Positions 44,935-54,874 of a stretch of 64,000 bases of DNA are shown in pieces. Each line of letters starts with the position of its first letter. Position 1 is the first letter of the stretch. The notes below the pieces were generated by a model. It was not told the origin of the DNA and did not search any database. It saw only the letters and a program-made list of their open reading frames with translations. The stretch covers positions 1,250,723-1,314,722 of the forward strand of contig CAVSMA010000002.1 of NCBI GenBank assembly GCA_963728945.1. Direction: 5' to 3'. The DNA comes from an uncultured Actinomycetota bacterium (GTDB lineage Bacteria > Actinomycetota > Actinomycetes > Mycobacteriales > CADCTP01). The position numbers and the translations under genes are program-made.

Positions 44935-46208
44935 GCACCACGACCAGCCCGGCGCTCACCGACGAGGAACACCCCGAGCTGCCCACCCCGGAGCCGCGGG
45001 AGCTCGGCGCCGCCGTCTCCGACTACATCGCCCGGGTGCGCGGCGGCGACGTCGGCGCGCTGCCGGCCATCCTCGGCCTCGTCGTGCTGTTCATCGTGTT
45101 CTCGATCCTGCGGCCGAGCACGTTCACCAACGCGTTCAACATGGCCAACCTGGTCAACCAGGCCTCGGCCGTGATCGTCATCGCGCTTGGCCTCGTCTTC
45201 GTCCTGCTGCTGGGCGAGATCGACCTGTCGGCCGGCTGGACCGCCGGCGTGTCCGCCGCGATCATGGGCGTCACCGCGACCAGGCAGGGCTGGCCCTGGT
45301 GGGTCGCGGTCCTCTGCTGCATCGCCACCGGCGCGGTCATCGGCACCACCATCGGCCTGCTGGTGGCCAGGCTCGGCATCCCGTCGTTCGTCGTGACGCT
45401 GGCGGCGTTCCTCGCGTTGCAGGGCCTGCTGCTCAAGATCATCGGAGAGGGCGGCACGATCGCGATCCGCAACTCGAAGCTGCTCGCGATCAACAACAGG
45501 ACGCTGCCGGTCTGGCTCGGCTGGGTGCTGCTGGCGGTCATCGTGGCGGCGTACGCGTTCGTCTCGCTGCGCCGGGCGGCCGTCCGCCGGGCCCAGGGAC
45601 TGCAGTCCGAGGGCATCTCGGTGGTGATCGCCAAGGTCGTGGTGCTCGCGGTGGTGCTCGCCGCGATCACCGCATACCTGTCCAAGGAACGCAGCCGCAA
45701 CCCGCTGGTGTCCTCGATCACGGGCGTCCCCGAGGTCGTCGTGCTGCTCGTGATCCTGCTGGTCGGCGCCTCCTTCGTGCTCGCCCGGACCCCGTTCGGC
45801 CGGCACGTGTACGCGGTCGGCGGCAACGCCGAGGCCGCCCGGCGGTCCGGCATCAACGTCAAGCAGATCAAGCTGTTCTGCTTCATCTCCTGCTCGAGCC
45901 TGGCCGCGGTCGGCGGCATCCTGCTCGCCAGCCGGGACAACTCGATCTCGCCCACCACGGGCGGCGCCGAGACCCTGCTGTACGCGGTGGGCGCGGCCGT
46001 CATCGGCGGCACCAGCCTGTTCGGTGGCAAGGGCAAGCCCCTGGACGCCCTGCTGGGCGGCCTCGTGATCGCGGTGATCATCAACGGCATGGGGCTGCTG
46101 AACCAGCCGTCCGCCGTGGTGTTCATGGTCACCGGTCTGGTGCTGCTCTTCGCGGCGAGCGTGGACGCCTTGTCGAGGCGGCGCGCCGCCTCCACCGGCC
46201 GCGTCTGA
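44931..46208 (+). CDS. sugar ABC transporter permease (XylH/RbsC-like)
   Basis: ATGA overlap with the ATPase stop. 425 aa, about 10-12 TM segments. Blocks GEIDLSAG and TPFGRHVYAVGGNAEAARRSGINV. Confidence 0.85.
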   Translation: MSTTTSPALTDEEHPELPTPEPRELGAAVSDYIARVRGGDVGALPAILGLVVLFIVFSILRPSTFTNAFNMANLVNQASAVIVIALGLVFVLLLGEIDLSAGWTAGVSAAIMGVTATRQGWPWWVAVLCCIATGAVIGTTIGLLVARLGIPSFVVTLAAFLALQGLLLKIIGEGGTIAIRNSKLLAINNRTLPVWLGWVLLAVIVAAYAFVSLRRAAVRRAQGLQSEGISVVIAKVVVLAVVLAAITAYLSKERSRNPLVSSITGVPEVVVLLVILLVGASFVLARTPFGRHVYAVGGNAEAARRSGINVKQIKLFCFISCSSLAAVGGILLASRDNSISPTTGGAETLLYAVGAAVIGGTSLFGGKGKPLDALLGGLVIAVIINGMGLLNQPSAVVFMVTGLVLLFAASVDALSRRRAASTGRV

Positions 46209-46231
46209 CCGGGCCGGCAGCCGGTGCCGAC

Positions 46232-47497
46232 GTGACCGGGACCGGGGTCCGGGTCGACCGGGTGGAGACCGGCCCCTGGGCCGCGCCCGTCACGGGTGCG
46301 ATCGCCAGGGCGCCGGCCGTCACCCAGGAGGAGGTTCGCCGGCACAACCTCGGCGTGCTGCTGAGCCTGTTGCACGTCCGGGGGCCGGCGTCCCGGGCCG
46401 AGCTGACCGCGGTCAGCGGGCTGAACCGGAGCACGGTGCGGGCGCTGATCACCGAGCTGGCCGACGCAGGCCTCGTCAGCGAGGCGGCGCCGGTCGGCCG
46501 GGGCGGCGCCGGCCGGCCGTCGATCCTGGTCGAGCCGCGCTCCGAGGCGGTCTGGGCGCTCGCGGTCGACATCGGCGTCGAGCACCTGTCCGCGGCCAGG
46601 GTCGGCCTCGGCGGCGTGGTGCTGGACCGCCGGGAGGGCCGGCAGCCGCGCGGCGACGGCGGCGTGCTGCAGGTGCTGGACCGGGTGCGGGCGCTGGTCG
46701 AGCCGCTGCTCGCGACGGCGACCACCGACCCGGTCGGCATCGGGGTGGCGGTGCCGGGGATGGTCGGCGGGCCGGGCCAGCTTGTCCGGCTGGCCCCGAA
46801 CCTCGGCTGGGTGGACGTGCCGCTCGGGCTGCTGCTGGCCGCTCAGCTGCGCAGCACGCTGCCGGTCGCGGTCGGCAACGAGGGCGACCTCGGGGTGATG
46901 GCCGAGCACCTGCGCGGGGTCGCCGCGGACGCCTCCGACGCGATCTTCCTCACCGGCGAGGTCGGGCTCGGCGCCGGCGTGATCGTCGGCGGTCGGCCGC
47001 TCACCGGCGCGGGCGGGTACGCCGGCGAGGTCGGGCACATGAGCGTCAACCCGGGCGCCGGCCGGATCTGCAGGTGCGGGCGGCGCGGCTGCTGGGAGAC
47101 CGAGGTCGGCGCCGACGCGGTGCTGCGGGCGCTGGGCGCGCCGGCCGAGTCGACGGCGGAGGAGATCCTCGCCGCCAGCGCGGACGGCAGCCGGACGGCG
47201 AAGGCCGCGGTCCGCCGGATCGGGCGCTGGCTCGGGGTCGGCGTGGCCAACCTGGTCAACCTGTTCAACCCGGAGGTGGTCGTGTTCGGCGGCCTGACCC
47301 GGACGCTGTTCCCCGTCCTCGAGCCGTACGTCCGGGCGGAGCTGGCCTCGGCGCTCACCGCGCCGCGCGACCAGGTACGGCTGGAGCTGCCCGGGCTCGG
47401 CGCGGACTCCAGCCTGCTCGGCGCGGCCGAGCTCGCGTTCGCGCCGCTGCTCGGCGACCCGCTCGGCAGCCGGCTCGCGCTGCCCGACCCCGCCTGA
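46232..47497 (+). CDS. ROK-family transcriptional regulator
   Basis: wHTH block RRHNLGVLLSLLHVRGPASRAELTAVSGLNRSTV. ROK signature GYAGEVGHMSV...CRCGRRGCWE. The start (GTG 46232) is uncertain. Confidence 0.8.
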   Translation: MTGTGVRVDRVETGPWAAPVTGAIARAPAVTQEEVRRHNLGVLLSLLHVRGPASRAELTAVSGLNRSTVRALITELADAGLVSEAAPVGRGGAGRPSILVEPRSEAVWALAVDIGVEHLSAARVGLGGVVLDRREGRQPRGDGGVLQVLDRVRALVEPLLATATTDPVGIGVAVPGMVGGPGQLVRLAPNLGWVDVPLGLLLAAQLRSTLPVAVGNEGDLGVMAEHLRGVAADASDAIFLTGEVGLGAGVIVGGRPLTGAGGYAGEVGHMSVNPGAGRICRCGRRGCWETEVGADAVLRALGAPAESTAEEILAASADGSRTAKAAVRRIGRWLGVGVANLVNLFNPEVVVFGGLTRTLFPVLEPYVRAELASALTAPRDQVRLELPGLGADSSLLGAAELAFAPLLGDPLGSRLALPDPA

Positions 47498-47744
47498 CCC
47501 AGGCGCCCATTGCCCTGCGATGGCCGGGGTTTTCGCCTCCGGGACGGTCGGTGCTGCGGCGTTTGTCAGGCCACCCGCTGCTGCTAACGTGCCGTCCGGC
47601 CCGATTCCCGGCGCGGCCTCGAGAAGACGTTCGCGACACCGGATCGAGCGTTGCGGGGGAATTGTTGGATCCCGAGTCACGAGATGCCGCGCCTGCTGCC
47701 GGGCCACCGTCCACGGCCGCGCCAGCCAGGGCGGGCCGGGCCGA

Positions 47745-48443
47745 GCCGGACGTCGGTTCGTACCGGGCCGCGGTGGCGGACCTGACCGCGGAGATCGCCG
47801 CCGACGGCGGCCGGCTGCCGCCGGCCGAGACCGTCCTGCGACGGCGCCTCGGCCAGCCGGAGATCCTCGACGTGCTCGCCCGGACGCCGGCCGGCGCGGA
47901 CGCGGCCGGCGCGGCGCGTGGGTCAACAGCCTCACCCGGAGCGTGGCCCAGCTGCAGCGGGTCGACCGCACCAGCATGGGCCAGGGCGTCGAGGTCCGGG
48001 TGCCGTTCCTCGACCCCGCGCTGGTCGAGCTGGCGATGCGGGTCCCGGCCGAGCTGAAGATCCGCGCCGGCCAGGAGAAGTGGATCGTCCGGGAAGCGTT
48101 CGCGGACATGCTGCCCGACTACATCCGCCGCCGGCCCAAGAACGGGCTGTCGTACTCCACCGGGCTGCACGACCGGGCCCGGCTCTACAAGCCGCTGTTC
48201 CCGCGGCTGTACCGGTCCTTCGGGTACGAGCTGGCCGAGCCGATCCGGCGCGACTTCGACACGACGCTGGCCCGGCTCGGGCACGACCTGGACCGGGTGG
48301 AGGCCGAGGCTGCCGCGCCCGGCGACTACACGCTGCCGGAGCGGGCCCGCGACCTCGCCGGCGCGGTCCGCTGGAACGTCCAGCCGCCGCTGGCCCGGCT
48401 GGTGTCCCGCCGCCTCGGCACCGGGTCCGCGCCGGCCGGTTAG
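47745..48443 (+). pseudogene. asparagine synthase family remnant: 5'-truncated and frameshifted
   Basis: Positions 47919-48443 encode WVNSLTRSVAQLQRVDRTSMGQGVEVRVPFLDPALVELAMRVPAELKIRAGQEKWIVREAF...RRRPKNG, the C-terminal part of AsnB-like enzymes. High-GC3 coding signal continues upstream (about 47745-47918) in a different frame. There is no room for the roughly 400-aa GATase / PP-loop N-terminus after the ROK stop at 47497. Confidence 0.55.
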
Positions 48444-49357
48444 CCGAGAGCGCGCAGCAGCTCGGGTCCGGTCCAGCGGGAGTCGACCAGGATGCGGCGC
48501 AGCGTGAACAGCGGGTGCGTCCGGTCCATCGGCTCGCCACCGAGCTGGTAGCCGGTGAGGTAGCCTGCCGCGGCCAGATGCGGGAAGTCGGCCGGGCTCC
48601 AGGCCCCGTACGGGTAGGCGAAGTGCCGGACCGGCCGGCCGGCGATGCGCTGCAGTTCGGCGCGCGGCTCGACCAGCTGGACCTGCCAGTCGCGGCCGGC
48701 GTACCGGTCGGCGCGCTGGTGGTCCCACGTGTGCGCGGCGACCGTCATGCCGGCCCGGGCGAGCCGGCGCAGGTCGGCCCTGCTCATCCAGCGCGGCTTG
48801 TCCAGCACCACGGTCATCACGAAGAACGTGCCGGTCATCCGCCGCCGTACCAGCTCCGGCAGGCCGACGCTGATCTGGCTGCCCTGGGAGTCGTCGAAGC
48901 TCAGCAGCACCGGCCGCGGCGGCAGTGGCGCCGCTGCGGTCAGGTGCTCGAAGTACTGATCGGCGGTGATCGTGGTGTAGCCGGCCGCCGCCAGCGCGTC
49001 GAGCTGGGCCCGGAAGGCGGCCGGTGGGCAGATCAGCGCCTGGCGGTCGTACGCGCTGTCGCCGGCGGTCCAGTCGCGAAGCTGGTGCCAGCACAGCACC
49101 GGCACGGTGGCGCGCCGGGCGATCGAGGCCGGGTCGGCCGGCGCGCGCGGCGGGGCCGGTCTGCTGGCGCCCGGTGCGGTGGCGGCCGGCGTGGTAGCGG
49201 CCGGCGTGGTGATCGTCGGCCGCGGGCGCGAGCCGGACCGGTGCGGGACGCTGACCGCCGGCGCCGACCGGCCGGATCCGCCGCATCCGGCCACCGCCGC
49301 GGCCACGGTGGCCAACGATCCCGCGAGCAGCGTCCGCCGGCTGATCGGATCAGGCAT
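48440..49357 (-). CDS. polysaccharide deacetylase family lipoprotein (Tat-type leader)
   Basis: ATG 49357 opens MPDPISRRTLLAGSLATVAAAVAGCGG. NodB-like blocks VLLSFDDS, TFFVMT and HTWDHQ. Confidence 0.8.
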   Translation of the reverse strand: MPDPISRRTLLAGSLATVAAAVAGCGGSGRSAPAVSVPHRSGSRPRPTITTPAATTPAATAPGASRPAPPRAPADPASIARRATVPVLCWHQLRDWTAGDSAYDRQALICPPAAFRAQLDALAAAGYTTITADQYFEHLTAAAPLPPRPVLLSFDDSQGSQISVGLPELVRRRMTGTFFVMTVVLDKPRWMSRADLRRLARAGMTVAAHTWDHQRADRYAGRDWQVQLVEPRAELQRIAGRPVRHFAYPYGAWSPADFPHLAAAGYLTGYQLGGEPMDRTHPLFTLRRILVDSRWTGPELLRALG

Positions 49358-49614
49358 CTGCGTACTGTCGCAGATCGCGTCCGCCGACCCGCGGAGGCTC
49401 GGCGCGGACCGGGCCGGCGTCGCACCGACCCGGCCGGACCCGCCGGGTGGCACGGCGGCGGCAGGTGGCGACGCCGTCTGCGGAAAGCAGGGCGACAGCG
49501 CCGGATCCCTGCGGAATCAGTGGATGACCGGCGGTCTCGCAACCAGTACCGTTCCCCCAGGACACCGGGCCGGGTTCGGCCGACCGGCGCGCGTCGCAGG
49601 AGGAGGGGCTGGCG

Positions 49615-50682
49615 GTGGGCGTCTGTCTTCGGGGCGTGCGGAAGGTCTTCGCCGCCGCGGCCGGCCCGGTCGTCGCCGTCGACGGGATCGACCTCGACGT
49701 CGCCGACGGCGAGTTCTTCTCCATGCTCGGCCCGTCCGGCTCGGGCAAGACCACCGTGCTGCGGATGATCGCCGGTTTCGAGCAGCCCACCGAGGGCGCC
49801 ATCCTGCTCGACGGCGTCGACGTCAGCCGGCTGGCGCCGTTCCAGCGGGACGTCAACACGGTCTTCCAGGACTACGCGCTGTTCCCGCACATGTCGGTCG
49901 CCGACAACGTCGGTTACGGCCTGCGGGTCCGCAAGGTGGCCAGGGACGAGCGGCGCCGGCGGGTCGAGGAGGCGCTGGCGACGGTACGGCTGGCCGGCTT
50001 CGGCACCCGCCGGCCGGCCCAGCTCTCCGGTGGCCAGCGGCAGCGGGTCGCGGTGGCCCGGGCGCTGGTGAACCGGCCGAAGGTGCTGCTGCTGGACGAG
50101 CCGCTGGGCGCCCTCGACCTGCGCCTCCGGCAGGAGATGCAGGTCGAGCTCAAGGCGATCCAGCGCGAGGTGGGCGTCACGTTCGTGTTCGTGACGCACG
50201 ACCAGGGCGAGGCATTGACCATGAGCGACCGGATCGCGGTCTTCGACGCCGGCCGGATCGAGCAGGTCGGGACGCCGGCGGAGATCTACGACCGGCCGGC
50301 CACCCCGTTCGTGGCCGGCTTCGTCGGCACCTCCAACCTGCTGACCGGGCCGGTCGCGCGGGCGCTGCTCGGCGCCGACGGCCCGTTCGTGCTGCGGCCG
50401 GAGAAGGTCAGGGTGGTCCGGCCCGGCGACCCGGTCGACCCGGACGACGCGGCGGCGGACGGCGTGGTCGCCGAGGTCGTCTACGCGGGCGCCGAGACCC
50501 GGCTGCACGTCGACCTCGACGCCGGCGCCCGGATCGTCGCGGCCCGGCCGAACGCGGACGGCGGCCGGCCGGAGGTCGCGCCGGGCGACCGGGTGCGCCT
50601 GGCCTGGCACCGCGAGCAGGCGTTCCGGCTGCCCGACGCAGCGCCGGAGCGGGTTCGGGACGAGGACGCCGCCCGGCGCTGA
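49615..50682 (+). CDS. ABC transporter ATP-binding protein, PotA/spermidine-putrescine type
   Basis: Walker [10 protein letters not shown], signature [15 protein letters not shown], Walker [13 protein letters not shown]-terminal TOBE-like region. Confidence 0.85.
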   Translation: MGVCLRGVRKVFAAAAGPVVAVDGIDLDVADGEFFSMLGPSGSGKTTVLRMIAGFEQPTEGAILLDGVDVSRLAPFQRDVNTVFQDYALFPHMSVADNVGYGLRVRKVARDERRRRVEEALATVRLAGFGTRRPAQLSGGQRQRVAVARALVNRPKVLLLDEPLGALDLRLRQEMQVELKAIQREVGVTFVFVTHDQGEALTMSDRIAVFDAGRIEQVGTPAEIYDRPATPFVAGFVGTSNLLTGPVARALLGADGPFVLRPEKVRVVRPGDPVDPDDAAADGVVAEVVYAGAETRLHVDLDAGARIVAARPNADGGRPEVAPGDRVRLAWHREQAFRLPDAAPERVRDEDAARR

Positions 50683-50698
50683 GCCGGGCAGGAGGAGG

Positions 50699-51916
50699 AT
50701 GGGCATGGACAGGCGCACGATGGTCCGGGCCGCGCCGGTCGCGGCAGCGGTGCTCCTGCTGGCGGCGGCGTGCGGCGGCTCGGACTCGACGTCCTCGGCG
50801 TCCGGGTCCGGCGGAGCGGCCGCGGCGCCGCCGAGCATGGCCGCGGCGAGCTCCGTCGGCACCGGCGAGGGTCAGCTCAACATCATCGCCTGGGCGGGGT
50901 ACGCCGAGGACGGCAGCAACGACAAGACCGTCGACTGGGTCACCCCGTTCGAGCAGCAGACCGGCTGCCAGGTCAACGTGAAGATCGGCAACACCTCGGA
51001 CGAGATGGTCACGCTGATGAAGACCGGCCAGTACGACGGGGTGTCCGCCTCCGGCGACGCGACGCTGCGGCTGATCTACAGCGGCGACGTGGCGCCGGTC
51101 AATACGGACCTGGTGCCCAACTACGCGAGCGTCGCGCCGTTCCTCAAGGACCGGGCGTGGAACTCGGTCAACGGCCAGATGTACGGCATCCCGCACGGCT
51201 GGGGCGCCAACGTGCTGGCCTGGCGCACCGACAAGGTCAGCCCGGCGCCCGACACCTGGGGCTCGGTGTTCGACGCGAACAGCCCGTACAAGGGCAAGAT
51301 CACCGCGTACGACTCGCCGATCTACATCGCGGACGCGGCGCTCTATCTCAAGGCGACCAAGCCCGACCTGAAGATCACCAACCCGTACGAGCTGGACGAC
51401 ACCCAGTTCCAGGCGACCGTCGACCTGCTCAAGCAGCAGCGGGCGCTGATCGGCGAATACTGGTCGGACTACACCAAGGCCGTGCAGGCGCTGGAGAGCG
51501 GCGACACCGTGCTCGGCACCCAGTGGCAGGTCAACGTCAACCTGGTCAACGGCGGGTCGAAGGCGAAGGTCGACTCGGTCGTGCCGAAGGAAGGATCGAC
51601 CGGCTGGTCGGACACCTGGATGATCTCGTCCAAGGCCAAGCACCCGAACTGCATGTACAAGTGGATGGACTGGATCATCTCCCCCAAGGTCAACGCGCAG
51701 GTGGCGGAGTGGTTCGGGGAGGCGCCGGCGCAGACCAAGGCCTGTGACCAGACCGCCGACAAGTCGCACTGCCAGACCTACCACGCGCTCGACCAGGCCT
51801 ATGCCGACCGGATCTCCTACTGGACCACCCCGACCCGCAACTGTGGCGACGACCGCGGCAACACCTGCAAGGACTACGCGGCGTGGACGCAGGCCTGGAC
51901 GGAGATCAAGAGCTGA
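50699..51916 (+). CDS. ABC substrate-binding lipoprotein, PotD/PotF-like
   Basis: Lipobox LLAAACGG. Blocks LNIIAWAGYAEDG and WGANVLAWRTD. 405 aa. Confidence 0.8.
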   Translation: MGMDRRTMVRAAPVAAAVLLLAAACGGSDSTSSASGSGGAAAAPPSMAAASSVGTGEGQLNIIAWAGYAEDGSNDKTVDWVTPFEQQTGCQVNVKIGNTSDEMVTLMKTGQYDGVSASGDATLRLIYSGDVAPVNTDLVPNYASVAPFLKDRAWNSVNGQMYGIPHGWGANVLAWRTDKVSPAPDTWGSVFDANSPYKGKITAYDSPIYIADAALYLKATKPDLKITNPYELDDTQFQATVDLLKQQRALIGEYWSDYTKAVQALESGDTVLGTQWQVNVNLVNGGSKAKVDSVVPKEGSTGWSDTWMISSKAKHPNCMYKWMDWIISPKVNAQVAEWFGEAPAQTKACDQTADKSHCQTYHALDQAYADRISYWTTPTRNCGDDRGNTCKDYAAWTQAWTEIKS

Positions 51917-51969
51917 CCGCCGTCCAGGAGGCACCCGGGTCCCGGCCGGCGCGCCGGGACCCGGCCGGA

Positions 51970-52827
51970 GTGCGGGCGGCCAGCTTCCTGCACCGCTCCC
52001 CCCGGGTCCGGCTGGCGGCCCTGCTGGCCGCGCCGATGGTCTGGCTGGTGGTCGCCTACCTCGGCTCGCTCGCGGTGATGTTCGCGGCCGCGTTCTGGTC
52101 GACCGACAGCTTCACCGGCGCGCTGATCAAGCAGGCCAGCTGGGACAACTTCCGGACCCTCGTCGAGGAGCCGGTCTACCGGCGGATCGCGCTGCGGACG
52201 CTCGGCGTCGCGGCGACCGTGACCGTGGTGGACGCGCTGATCGCGCTGCCGATCGCGGTCTACATGGCCAAGGTGGCGCGACCGCGCGCCCGGCGGCTGC
52301 TCGTCGCCCTGATCCTCACCCCGCTGTGGGCCAGCTACCTGGTCAAGGCGTACGCGTGGCGGATCCTGCTCAGCTCGGACGGGCCGGTGGACTGGGCGCT
52401 GGGCCCGCTGCACCTGTCCGGCCCCGGGTACGGGCTGGCCGCGGTGACGCTGACGCTGGCGTACCTGTGGCTGCCGTTCATGATCCTGCCGGTGTACGCG
52501 GGGCTGGACCGGGTGCCGGACTCGCTGCTGGAGGCGTCCGCCGACCTCGGCGCGCCGGCCGGGCGGACGTTCCGGTCGGTGGTGCTGCCATTGATCTTCC
52601 CGGCACTGGTGGCCGGGTCGATCTTCACGTTCTCGCTGAGTCTCGGCGACTACATCACGGTCAAGATCGTCGGCGGCCGGACGCAGCTGTTCGGCAACGT
52701 CATCTACGACAACATCGGCGTCGCGGCCAACCTCCCGTTCGCGGCCGCGGCCGCGGTGGTGCCGGTCGCGGTGATCCTGCTCTACCTCGCCCTGGTCCGC
52801 CGCACCGGCGCCCTGGAGAATCTGTGA
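51970..52827 (+). CDS. ABC transporter permease (PotB-like)
   Basis: ORF 51883-52827; the start is uncertain (GTG 51970 proposed). EAA-like loop EASADLGAPAGRTFRSVVLP. Confidence 0.75.
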   Translation: MRAASFLHRSPRVRLAALLAAPMVWLVVAYLGSLAVMFAAAFWSTDSFTGALIKQASWDNFRTLVEEPVYRRIALRTLGVAATVTVVDALIALPIAVYMAKVARPRARRLLVALILTPLWASYLVKAYAWRILLSSDGPVDWALGPLHLSGPGYGLAAVTLTLAYLWLPFMILPVYAGLDRVPDSLLEASADLGAPAGRTFRSVVLPLIFPALVAGSIFTFSLSLGDYITVKIVGGRTQLFGNVIYDNIGVAANLPFAAAAAVVPVAVILLYLALVRRTGALENL

Positions 52828-52837
52828 GCGAGCGCGG

Positions 52838-53656
52838 GTGTCCGGAGCGGGCACAGTGATCCTGTCGAGGCGGGCGCGGATCGCCCTTGCCGGCGCGATG
52901 GTCGTGGGCCTCGCGATCATCTACGTGCCGCTGCTGCTGGTGCTGCTCAACTCGCTGAACTCGTCCCGGACCTTCGGCTTCCCGCCGAGCGGCCTGACGC
53001 TGGAGTGGTGGCGCCGGACGCTGGACAACGCCGGCGCCCGCTCGGCGCTGTGGACCAGCGTCAAGGTCGGGCTCGGCGCCACCGCGCTGGCCCTGCTGCT
53101 CGGCACCTGCCTGGCCTTCGCCGTGCAGCGCTACCGGTTCTTCGGCCGGGACGTGATCAGCCTGCTCGTGGTGCTGCCGATCGCGCTGCCCGGCATCGTC
53201 ACCGGCATCGCGCTCAACTCCGCGTTCAACGCCGGCGGCGTGCCGTTCGGGTACTTCACCGTGATCGTCGCGCACGCCACGTTCTGCATCGTGATCGTCT
53301 ACAACAACATCCTGGCCCGGCTCCGGCGTACCGGGACCTCGCTCGAGGAGGCCTCGGCCGACCTCGGCGCGACCACCTTCCAGACCTTCCGGTACGTCAC
53401 GTTCCCCCAGCTGCGCTCGGCGCTGGTGGCCGCCGCGGTGCTGGCGTTCGCGCTGTCGTTCGACGAGATCGTGGTCACCACGTTCACGACCGCGCCCGGC
53501 CTGCAGACGCTGCCACTGTGGATCTTCGACAACCTGTTCCGGCCCAACCAGGCGCCGGTGGTCAACGTGGTCGCCGCCGTGCTGGTGCTGCTGTCGGTGC
53601 TGCCGATCTGGGCCGTGCTGCGGCTGTCCGGGGACGAGACCGGCGGCCGCTTGTAG
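52838..53656 (+). CDS. ABC transporter permease (PotC-like)
   Basis: 272 aa, 6 TM segments. Loop EEASADLGATTFQTFRYVTFP. Confidence 0.8.
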   Translation: MSGAGTVILSRRARIALAGAMVVGLAIIYVPLLLVLLNSLNSSRTFGFPPSGLTLEWWRRTLDNAGARSALWTSVKVGLGATALALLLGTCLAFAVQRYRFFGRDVISLLVVLPIALPGIVTGIALNSAFNAGGVPFGYFTVIVAHATFCIVIVYNNILARLRRTGTSLEEASADLGATTFQTFRYVTFPQLRSALVAAAVLAFALSFDEIVVTTFTTAPGLQTLPLWIFDNLFRPNQAPVVNVVAAVLVLLSVLPIWAVLRLSGDETGGRL

Positions 53657-53662
53657 GGCGTC

Positions 53663-53685
53663 GGCCTGCGGGCTACCCGCGGGCC
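53663..53685 (+). terminator. 10-bp stem hairpin between permease and amidase genes
   Basis: ggcctgcggg cta cccgcgggcc (one mismatch), 7 nt after the stop at 53656. Could act as an attenuator or a terminator. Confidence 0.35.
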
Positions 53686-53728
53686 TCCGGCGGTGTCAGG
53701 ATCACAAGATCAGCGGAAGGGAGTCAGC

Positions 53729-54844
53729 GTGGCCACCCACGAGATCCGGATCGACCGGAGCAAGACGCTCCTGGAGGAACCGAACACCGGCCACAACCGG
53801 TGGCACCCCGACATCCCACCGCTGGTCCGGTGCGAGCCCGGCGACGAGGTGGTGCTGGAGACGCGGGACGCGTTCGACGGGCAGATGGGCCCGGACGCGA
53901 CCCTGGAGACCGTCGCCGCGCCGAACCTCGACGTCGTGCACCCGCTCACCGGTCCGGTCTACGTCGAGGGCGCCGAGCCGGGCGACCTGCTCGAGGTCGA
54001 GATCGTCGACGTCGAGCCGGACAGCTACGGCTTCACCGTGGAGGTGCCGGGCTTCGGCTTCCTGCGCGACGAGTTCCCCGACCCGTTCAAGGTCAACTGG
54101 GATATCGCGGACGGGTGGGCGACCTCTGCCGACCTGCCCGGCGTACGCATCCCGGGCTCGCCGTTCATGGGCACCATCGGCCTGTCGCCGGGGCACCGGC
54201 TGCTCGCCGAGACCACGGCGCGGGAGCAGGCGGCGATCGACCGCGGCGGGTTCGCGCTGCCGCCGTCGCCGGCGGACGCCGTGCCGTCCGACCCGCGGAT
54301 CGCGGCGGAGGCGCTGCGCACGATCCCGCCCCGGGAGCAGGCCGGCAACGTCGACATCAAGCAGCTGGGGAAGGGCGCCCGGCTGCTGATCCCGGTCGAC
54401 ACGCCGGGCGGCCTGTTCTCCGCCGGCGATGCGCACTTCGCCCAGGGCGACTGCGAGACCTGCGGGACGGCGATCGAGATGCGCTCCACCCTGCGCGTCC
54501 GGTTCGCCCTGCACAAGGGCGAGGCGGCCGAGAAGGGAATCCGCGACCTGCGGTTCCGGCGCGACGACTACTACCTGCCGCCGGAGTTCGCCGCGCCACG
54601 CCGGTTCTACGCCACCACCGGCATCTCGGTGACCAAGGACGGCGACAACCGTGCCGAGGACATCACGCTGGCCGCCCGCAACGCGCTGCTCAACATGATC
54701 GAACACCTGACCGAGCGGGGCTGGACCCGGCAGCAGGCGTACGTGATCTGCAGCGTGGCGGTCGACCTCAAGATCAGCGCGCTGGTCGACGTTCCGAACA
54801 TGCTCGTGTCGGCCTTCCTCCCGGAGGACATCTTCGTCAGCTGA
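53729..54844 (+). CDS. acetamidase/formamidase family protein (FmdA_AmdA)
   Basis: GTG 53729 follows GGAAGGGA. Blocks NRWHPDIPP, HPLTGPVYVEGAEPGD, GNVDIKQL and FSAGDAHFAQGDCETCGTAIE. Confidence 0.8.
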   Translation: MATHEIRIDRSKTLLEEPNTGHNRWHPDIPPLVRCEPGDEVVLETRDAFDGQMGPDATLETVAAPNLDVVHPLTGPVYVEGAEPGDLLEVEIVDVEPDSYGFTVEVPGFGFLRDEFPDPFKVNWDIADGWATSADLPGVRIPGSPFMGTIGLSPGHRLLAETTAREQAAIDRGGFALPPSPADAVPSDPRIAAEALRTIPPREQAGNVDIKQLGKGARLLIPVDTPGGLFSAGDAHFAQGDCETCGTAIEMRSTLRVRFALHKGEAAEKGIRDLRFRRDDYYLPPEFAAPRRFYATTGISVTKDGDNRAEDITLAARNALLNMIEHLTERGWTRQQAYVICSVAVDLKISALVDVPNMLVSAFLPEDIFVS

Positions 54845-54874
54845 CCGCGGCGCGCGGCCCGCGTCCGATCCCGG

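Noticed and set aside
45023-48109. 1028-aa minus-strand ORF
   Set aside because: Antisense to the sugar permease and ROK genes, which carry clear family motifs. Low-complexity Arg/Pro-rich translation.
47498-49357. Lasso-peptide or other RiPP cluster, suggested by the asparagine-synthase-like fragment
   Set aside because: There is no precursor peptide, no PqqD-like or transglutaminase-like protease gene and no dedicated exporter nearby. The synthase itself is a truncated remnant.
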